A stretch of DNA of 63,751 nt, the filler included, from Vannella sp. (taxonomy: Eukaryota): assembly GCA_023345925.1 (NCBI GenBank). It is 7 parts of 7 records of this genome, joined end to end, with 100 filler letters (N's around TTAATTAATTAA, not from the genome) between each part and the next. Parts side by side here need not be neighbours in the genome. Positions count along the whole stretch, not along the records: positions 49,629 to 58,470 come from JAJQQN010000553.1; positions 58,571 to 63,751 come from JAJQQN010000890.1; 5 more parts are not named here. One strand, written 5' to 3'. The translations under genes were made by a program, and so were the position numbers. The notes beneath the pieces are model-generated. The model ran no database searches and had not been told where the DNA came from. It saw nothing but the letters and a program-made list of their open reading frames with translations. Position 1 is the first letter of the stretch. Every line of letters begins with the position of its first letter. Of the stretch, positions 56,725-63,751 are shown in pieces.

Positions 56725-58220
56725 ATGTATCACGCGAGGTTGGGGGGAGAGAGTCGGTGTGGAGCTCTGTTGTGGAGTGGAATGAGGAGCTATTGTGTGA
56801 AGGCTACTCTAGGTGTGAGGAGCGGCAAGTCGCACTTGAAGATGGGCATTGTGGGGCTCCCTAATGTCGGGAAGACGACTTTGTTCAATGCTCTGACTCA
56901 CCAGGCCCTTCCTGCGGAGAACTTCCCTTTCTGTACCATCGATCCTGCTGTCAATAAGTCCTCCCGTCTCTCTGGATCGTTCTGTGATCTAATCAGACTC
57001 TTTGTTGGTCTCTGCACGTCGAGTCTCCGTCCCAGATGACCGTTTAGATGCTCTGGATGCTTACTTTCAACCCAAGTCCAAGAAAGAAGCCTTCTTGACT
57101 GTCACTGACATCGCTGGACTTGTAAAAGGCGCTTCCAAAGGCGCGGGACTTGGTAACTCCTTCCTCTCGACCATTAGCACCGTAGATGGCATCTATCATG
57201 TCGTTCGTATCCTTTAGCAACCCCTCTACATCCAATTGACGCTCTCCTAATGACCCTTAACGACCGTTTGATCAGGAGGCTTCGGTGGAAGCAGGATAGC
57301 ACACGTTGAAGGCGGTATGGACGTCCTTCGAGATGTTCAGATCATTGAAGATGAGCTACGCTTCAAAGATCAGGAGCTTCTCGACAAGCTGCTCGCCCAG
57401 GCAGCCCGGAAGGGCAAAGTTGACAACCAAAAGGTGCTCTTCCTCATCAGCCAGAGAGAGTGGAGCACTCACACGGGAAGAAGGAGCTTATAGAGATACT
57501 CATTGGACTATTGAACGAGGTCAAACCCATCAATAGCCGCTCTTGGAACGAGAATCAGATCGAAGCGATCAATGGGATGGGACTTCTCACTGCCAAGCCG
57601 ATTGTTTACCTTCTTAACGTCTCTGAAGAGGACTACATGCAACGCAAGTTCCCTGGGTACGTTGTACCAGACTCTCTTCCAGCTATTCTCTTATTTCAAG
57701 TCACTTTGGCTTGGCAGGCAAGAACTGCTGGAAGAGCGCTGTAAGGAGAAGGGCATCAAAGCCGAGATCGTTCCATACTGTGCAGAAGTAGAGGACATGG
57801 TAATGAGTATGGGGGAGGAGGGCTCCACTTACTCTGAAGTCAATAACTTCACTTCTGCCCTTCCCAATGTCATCCACGCGGGATTCCGCGCGTTGGATTT
57901 GATGCAATACTTTACAGTGGGCAAGGATGAAGTCAGAGCATGGCCAGTGCGTTGTGGAGCGTCAGCACCAGAAGCAGCGGGATGCATTCACAGTGACTTT
58001 GAAAAAGCTTTCCAGACTGTGGAAGTCACCAGATACTCAGAGTTCTTGGCTCACAAAGCGGAGAACCCTGCTTTCAAGCCTCTCAAGTTCAACAAGTTCG
58101 GGAAGAAGTATCTTGTGGAAGACGGGGACATTCTTCAGTTCCTTGTAAGTGAATGGAGTGCTTTCTGGACTGTTTGGCTTTCTTCTGACTTCTCCTTGGC
58201 AGACAACCTTAAAGAAATAA
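56725..58220 (+). CDS. OLA1: OLA1/YchF ATPase with N-terminal extension (5 introns, including AT-AC and U12-type)
   Basis: [53 protein letters not shown]. Confidence 0.92.
56954..57017 (+). other. AT-AC intron with U2-type signals
   Basis: ATAAGT...CTAAT...TGCAC; removal gives [15 protein letters not shown]. Confidence 0.8.
57207..57275 (+). other. U12-type (minor) GT-AG intron
   Basis: 5'ss GTATCCTTT, branch CCCTTAAC about 15 nt from CAG; removal gives HVVRGF...IAHVEG. Confidence 0.9.
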
Positions 58221-58470
58221 CACTCTAATACCTGTTCCGACCTTGTTGGCCCATCTATTCTCTTTCTAGTGGGGACTGAAGGAGAAGTCAGGTTGCAAGT
58301 GTATTATTGGATAGTCATCAGTCAGATGGGAAAGGGAATGAGAAAGGAGTTATTTGTTGCGATGGACAGAGCGGCACTTCAAAAGGGCTTTTTTCTCAGC
58401 AGAGTTGCCAAGTCCAAGTTCTTCGAGAGAAAGGAACAGCAAGGCTCCCTTGCCAGATGCTCCAGTGCGT

Positions 58471-58570
58471 NNNNNNNNNNNNNNNNNNNNNNNNNNNNNN
58501 NNNNNNNNNNNNNNTTAATTAATTAANNNNNNNNNNNNNNNNNNNNNNNNNNNNNNNNNNNNNNNNNNNN
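58471..58570. other. Artificial contig linker
   Basis: N/TTAATTAATTAA/N. Confidence 0.98.
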
Positions 58571-58825
58571 CTTCTTGTCAACAGTCCTTGCGGATTCACG
58601 AGCAGCCTCGTGAAAGGCCCTCTTCCACGTTGATGTGATCCTTGGAGGAGAAAGGGACAACGCTAGCTTCAGCCCCTCTTCATACTTCGCTTACCTGTCC
58701 CTATCAAGTCGCACTTATTCCCCGCAAGGATCATGGGGACCTTGTCCTCGCCCTTCACATGGAGGACTTGCTTCATCAACACCCAGGGCCCAAAGAGTGA
58801 CTTCCTGGTTCTGGAGCAGGGATGG
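58571..58825 (-). pseudogene. Ras-family GTPase remnant
   Basis: KQVLHVKGEDKVPMILAGNKCDL, an intron, then INVEE/AFHE broken by frameshifts; no N-terminal half. Confidence 0.7.
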
Positions 58826-58849
58826 TTAATAACATCAATTAGCTAAATC

Positions 58850-59060
58850 CCTTTCGGCGTTGGGTCCTTTTTTCTTGTCCGTCCGACGCAGGCCACGCTC
58901 TCGCTGCGTCGGATCAAGGCTTAAGCCCGCTTTGGGATCGGAGCTGATTCTCCTTTCCTTAGCTGGTGATAGAAGTGTAGGAGGTGTGGTGGCTTAACCA
59001 GCAAAGCGGTATTCCCTCAGGACGCAAGAGCCCGAGGTGGAACCACGTTTTACGTGGTGA
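58850..59060. repeat. Dispersed non-coding repeat, copy B
   Basis: Same blocks as 41873-42115; hairpins TCCGACGCAG/CTGCGTCGGA and ACCACGT/ACGTGGT. Confidence 0.85.
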
Positions 59061-59639
59061 TCGGCAGCACTTGCCCTGGAAGGAAAGAACGAGAGGACAG
59101 AGGTTGAAAGTCCACACCCATCTCAAGGTGGAGCTTTGTCCGTGGACAAGCAGGCATGGCCTAAGAATCCGATCCGGCCTCCGCAAGGAGGATGCGGTTT
59201 CCCCAATTCTGTGTAATAAAACCGTTTTTCCACATAAATAAACTCTTTTGGACACGGCGTGACACAAAAGGGGGCCGCAAGGACAGTCGTTCGACGAGAG
59301 CATTTTCTTATTGTTTTGTTGGAAAACGGATTTAGTTAGGAAACCTCCTTTGCGGAAAGTTGCTGTCCTCGGACAAGCTCCGCCTTGATGGTTGAGACGA
59401 GAACAATCCATCATGTGCAGCACGAAGAAAAGAAGTTTGGAAGCGGAAGTTTGACTGATTGGGATGGGCCCTTGACCCGAGGAATTTTACTATTTTGGAG
59501 ATTTTTTGTTGAAGTTGAACGGAATGTATACTATTCATGGTTTATTCCGAGAAGTTCTCGGACTTTCTCTCACTTTCGACGAAGGAATGAACGACGATGC
59601 CACAGGCAGTCGTACGGCCCGATCATTACTTTACTCGCC

Positions 59640-60137
59640 ATGGACAAAGATGTCTTTCGTCTAGCCGTAAGCGGAACTTCGAATCGGGGTCTGTTGGAGC
59701 GATGCGATGCGGATGTTACGGAAGTTTCAAGCTTGAACTCGACCCCTCTCCACTACGCCATCCTCAGTGGTAGTGAAGATGCAGTACGCATGTTTGTTGA
59801 AGCAGGATCACATATCAACGCCGTGAATGTCTACCGAGAGTCTCCCTTGCACTGGGCTTGCAAGGAAGGAACGGCCGACATTGTCCGTTATCTACTGCTG
59901 CTGCAAGCTTCTCCAAACGCCATAGACTCTGATGATAACACACCAATGCACTGGGCTGCTGACTACGATCAAGAAGAAATCGTTCAACTGCTGATCGAGA
60001 GTGGAGGAGGTCCTTCTCGGTATCTCAAGAATGATAAGGGCTTTACTCCCCTGCAAGTAGCCAGAAGGAGCAACTCTCGCCGTGTCATCCGTCTCCTACA
60101 AAGAAGGGGTCTGTTTGGCTTTGGGAACTCCGTATGA
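59640..60137 (+). CDS. Small ankyrin-repeat protein
   Basis: TPLHYA, SPLHWA, TPMHWA, TPLQVA. Confidence 0.88.
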   Translation: MDKDVFRLAVSGTSNRGLLERCDADVTEVSSLNSTPLHYAILSGSEDAVRMFVEAGSHINAVNVYRESPLHWACKEGTADIVRYLLLLQASPNAIDSDDNTPMHWAADYDQEEIVQLLIESGGGPSRYLKNDKGFTPLQVARRSNSRRVIRLLQRRGLFGFGNSV

Positions 60138-60418
60138 CTGTCTCTTTGGTGTCCGTCCCTCGCCAGGGTCATGTGTGACCTCGTGGTTCGATCAAAGAAG
60201 CCCAATACAAATGTAATCCTGATCCCTGCATTCACTTAGCTGTAACAAGCAGGCTACTGAGCCTGATCGGATCTCCAGAGGACCAATCAGGACCCGCTAA
60301 GAGAAGGAGAGGAGGGGATCAGGACTAGCTGGTGGTTCTTTGTAGTAAGGAAGAGCCATTACGATCGAACCACACCACAGTCACTCACATCCAGCTCTGT
60401 GGAGACGAAAGTCACTGT

Positions 60419-62903
60419 TTAGTCATCCGCTGGGTGGTCCGGTGCCGGTCGCTTGGGAGGTGTTGGAGGAGGGGCTCGTTTGGGAGGTCCTTTGGACTCC
60501 GTAGACTCCTGAGGAGGAGATGGAGGTTCCTGCTGAGGAGGGGCTGGGAGAGCGTCCCCTACAGAAGCTACGGGAGCTCTTTGTGGAGGGGCTGGAGGAG
60601 CCTTCTGTGGAGGGGCTGGAGGAGCCTTCTGTGGAGGAGCTGGCGGAGCAATATCTAGAGGAACTGGAATAGATGGAGGAGGTTGCAGAGGGGGAGCTGG
60701 AAGATTATCAACAGGTTGAGAGGGCAAGGGGGTCGGCACGTCCTTGCGAACGGTTTCCACTTTCTCAGCATGTTGGCTGGCCTCACCAGAGCCAAAGAGC
60801 TTTGAGAAGAAGCCGCCACCCCCACCTCCTCCAGCAGCCACAGGCGCGGCGGGTTCTGGACGAGAAGAAACTTCTTTTTTGGATTCTTGAGCTGAGAAGT
60901 GGCCCAAGAGGCTTCCATAGCTGAATACAATGGGTTTCAGGGGCTTCTTGGTCTTCAATGGAGCAACGAATGAGATCTGCAGGCGAACTTTCTGATAACA
61001 AGCCTCCAAGAACTTGAAAAAGGCAGAATTCGCTGGTGTGAAGGTGATCAAATGATACAGTTGGGCACCAACACCCAAGAGAACGAATATGAGAGCTCTT
61101 TGCTCGTCCAGATTCGTGACAGTGAGGGGAATGGACTCGCCCTGTTGAATGTCTTCTTCTTCGATTAAGCCCTGAAGGTCTAAAACAGCATTTGAAGCCA
61201 TTGTCAACCTCTCATACATTGATGAGAGCTCTAATAGGCTGCATATTTGCTCATCAGGTAGATACTGGTGCCCTGCAGGTAACTTTGAAACTGTAAAAGC
61301 ATCATCGAGCTTCATAGTGGTCACACTCTCTGAACCCTCCCATGAAGGATGCGTCAGATAATCAGCAGTACGAGATAAGTCCGTTTCTGCGTCAAAGCGA
61401 TCCAGAATAAGGAAGACAGCCTGTCTGCGTGTGTACTCCAGCTCCCGACGGTACACCAGAGCCTCCCGCTCCATAAAGTACTGAGAGCTAACCAACTGAA
61501 GCGGGTTATTCCATTGAATGAACTTATGACAAGTCATGCAAACGCGTTCTGGCTTGCGTTGGTCCGGAAGGGTTTCCTGCCATCCCGCACAACCCCCACA
61601 ATAACACATTCCACAGCTGCGGCAATGATGCTAGTCTTTGTTAGGGGTGTCCTTGCTACGATAGAGGACTCACCCGACGCGTGACCACGCCAAAGCGGAC
61701 CTTGCACTTGAGGCAATTGAGGGCATCCTCATCCTGAGTGTAGTCCCGGGTGCAATTGGATGCAATAATGCGAGGTAGACGGTTCGAAGGGAACTTAGAA
61801 GGTGGTACAGTGAGTACAGACAGCTCTGGCCCGAGGGAAGCTTGCTTTTCGTTGTTAGGGGAAGGCTCAGCTCCGTACTCCATCAGCATACGAGTCATGT
61901 CAGTCACTACTCCATCCTTCAGAGACAAGGTGACAGCATTGACACGCTTGACCACCCCATCAAGCATAGTGGCAGCCATGTTGAGCAACTCGAGTGCCTT
62001 TCCAGTCGTCAAGCGAGAAAGGATCATCTTTGCCACGCCCAGGTCCTCACTCTGCACGGCGTACATTAGCGGCGTGAAGCCTTGTGAGTTGGGTAGGAGT
62101 GGATCCGAGAAGGGGTTGGTGAGGAGAGCAAAGACGATCTGCGGGACGATCCCGCTTTTGCGCTCGTTCTGCATGCAGGAGAGGTGCAGAGGCGTGTTCC
62201 CTGCGTAGTTCTGTGCGATGACGTTGCAGTTCGTGCTCATGAGAAGGGTGAAGATGCGGACAGTGTCTGGAAGCTCCGTTTTGCAGATGGTGTGGATGGC
62301 GATGTTCCCGGCTGCATCCTTCATCAGTGGGTCCGCTCCTTGCTCCAGCATCAGCTCAACGATATCATAGAAGCCTTCTTCAATGGCCACATGCAACGGA
62401 GAGCTCTTCTTGTTGGTATCCACTTCGATATCCAACCCGTTGAGGACTTCCTTTCGTCGCTTTGCAGAGGTCTCCTCGCTCAGGAGACGCGCGACAGTCT
62501 CTCTCGTACCCATACGAGCAGCTTTGAGGAGCTCTTGACGTCTGGGCTGCAGCTCACAAGCAGCGCGAGGGAGCTCGTCTTGGATCTCGAGCGGAGAGCC
62601 GCGAGGGCTGACTATCATCTCAGGGAACTGAATCCCAGCCTCTGCCTGCGGGTCAAACAGTGACGTATCTTCCCTTTCTCGTAGAACATCCACAGAGACT
62701 GGCGTTTGCGGTTCATAGGAGGTATGCGGCTCCGGGTCGCGGCTCAGAACTGGTTTGATGACGGCAGAGACCGACTCCGCCAGCTGGCTATGGTGAGGAG
62801 TAATAGAAGGATGCTGTTCTACGTCATCAATCGACAGCTGAGACGTGTAAACCACAGGAGCTACAACCGAAGTCGAAGCGTCCCGTTGAAGGGAGCGGCT
62901 CAT
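60419..62903 (-). CDS. Ankyrin + FYVE + Pro-rich protein (1 intron)
   Basis: SPLHVA, TPLHLS, TPLMYA; spliced RRHHCRSCG...CGGC...RVCMTC; APPAPPQK x3 (24-bp repeat near 60573-60649). Confidence 0.85.
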
Positions 62904-63415
62904 CAGAAAGTGCCTTTGTCCTTCTCGTTCACACGAACCCTAAAGCCTGAACCCTCCCCGAAAGTGTTCGCCTGAATGACTTCTTCGCGCTGTGGAAATG
63001 AAGATTCCTCTTCCGAGCCTGGGATCGAGAGTCCCTGGGGTGATGTGGGGTTGACCTCTAGTCTGAGTAGATCTTCAAAGCTTTCCTCCACCTCTTGCCA
63101 GGATCAAGTCTCTCATGAGGAGATGGTTCGACACTGTTTCGAAGAAGAAAGGAAAGAGAGTCCATGTTGCTAAGGCGGAACTGAACTCAGAAGTTGTTCA
63201 CTTTGGTACTTCGGTCCAACGGTGGTCCTGCAGTAACCGTTGTTCGGACAGAACAACAGCATACCTTACTTGTGGCCTTGCCTTTTTCAACGAAAAGTTA
63301 CATTCCTTCTCCGCATAAGGGATTTGGTGTTGACTGGGAGCCACTTCTCTGAACGTCTTCATTCTTCCAAAAGGGCGAAGAAATGGGTTGAAAATGATCA
63401 TTTTCTCGTTAGCTC

Positions 63416-63751
63416 ATGGACTCAGAGATCTTTCGACTTGTGGTTTTGGATCACTTTGAGAAAGGTCTGTTGGAGACGGTGGTCAATGAAGTTAACAGCC
63501 GATCTTCTCTCTTGTCAACACCCCTCCACTATGCCATGCTTGGCTGTAATCAGGAAACCACTCAGTTCTTGATTGAGAACAAAGCCCAAGTGAATGCAAG
63601 CAACGTCTTCGGAGAGACTCCACTTCATTGGGCCTGCAAAGTCGGCAAAGAGACTCTCATCCGATACCTTCTCACACATCAAGCCAGTCCTTCTGAACAA
63701 GACACGGAGGGAAACACACCAATGCATTGGGCTGCTGAATACGATCACGAG
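63416..63751 (+). CDS. Small ankyrin-repeat protein, paralog of 59640-60137, runs off the window (missing from ORF track)
   Basis: MDSEIFRLVV...STPLHYA...ETPLHWACK...NTPMHWAAEYD. Confidence 0.87.
   Translation, partial: MDSEIFRLVVLDHFEKGLLETVVNEVNSRSSLLSTPLHYAMLGCNQETTQFLIENKAQVNASNVFGETPLHWACKVGKETLIRYLLTHQASPSEQDTEGNTPMHWAAEYDHE

Noticed and set aside
7697..58570. Six identical N/TTAATTAATTAA spacers as a repeat or CRISPR-like array
   Set aside because: Artificial concatenation linkers; neighbours across them (e.g. U2 and HTATSF1) are not linked
60573..60649. 24-bp tandem repeat as a non-coding array
   Set aside because: In-frame coding repeat (APPAPPQK) with no spacers

Overview
Eukaryotic nuclear DNA from a very gene-dense protist with mostly ~45-65 nt spliceosomal introns. 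Gene content (Roco kinase, tandem RasGEF, vinculin-like, TSET, AP-4) suggests an amoebozoan (inference). The window is seven contigs joined by six artificial 100-nt N/TTAATTAATTAA linkers, so adjacency across linkers means nothing. It holds about 35 protein genes, a tRNA-Thr, a U2 snRNA-like gene and an intronic U18-type C/D snoRNA. Most interesting: (1) a putatively mitochondrion-targeted protein of eight ~70-aa repeats plus a C-terminal PD-(D/E)XK/RAP-like nuclease domain; (2) an OLA1/YchF gene with an AT-AC intron carrying U2-type signals, followed by a textbook U12-type intron; (3) a compact U2 snRNA lacking a canonical Sm site; (4) a tandem RasGEF spliced to a degenerate prokaryote-like DUF3782-type nuclease fold; (5) a pseudo-G-alpha, a Crinkler-like NTPase/nuclease, a bacterial-type ProC, and a dispersed structured non-coding repeat. 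All family calls come from motif recognition by eye; no searches were run.
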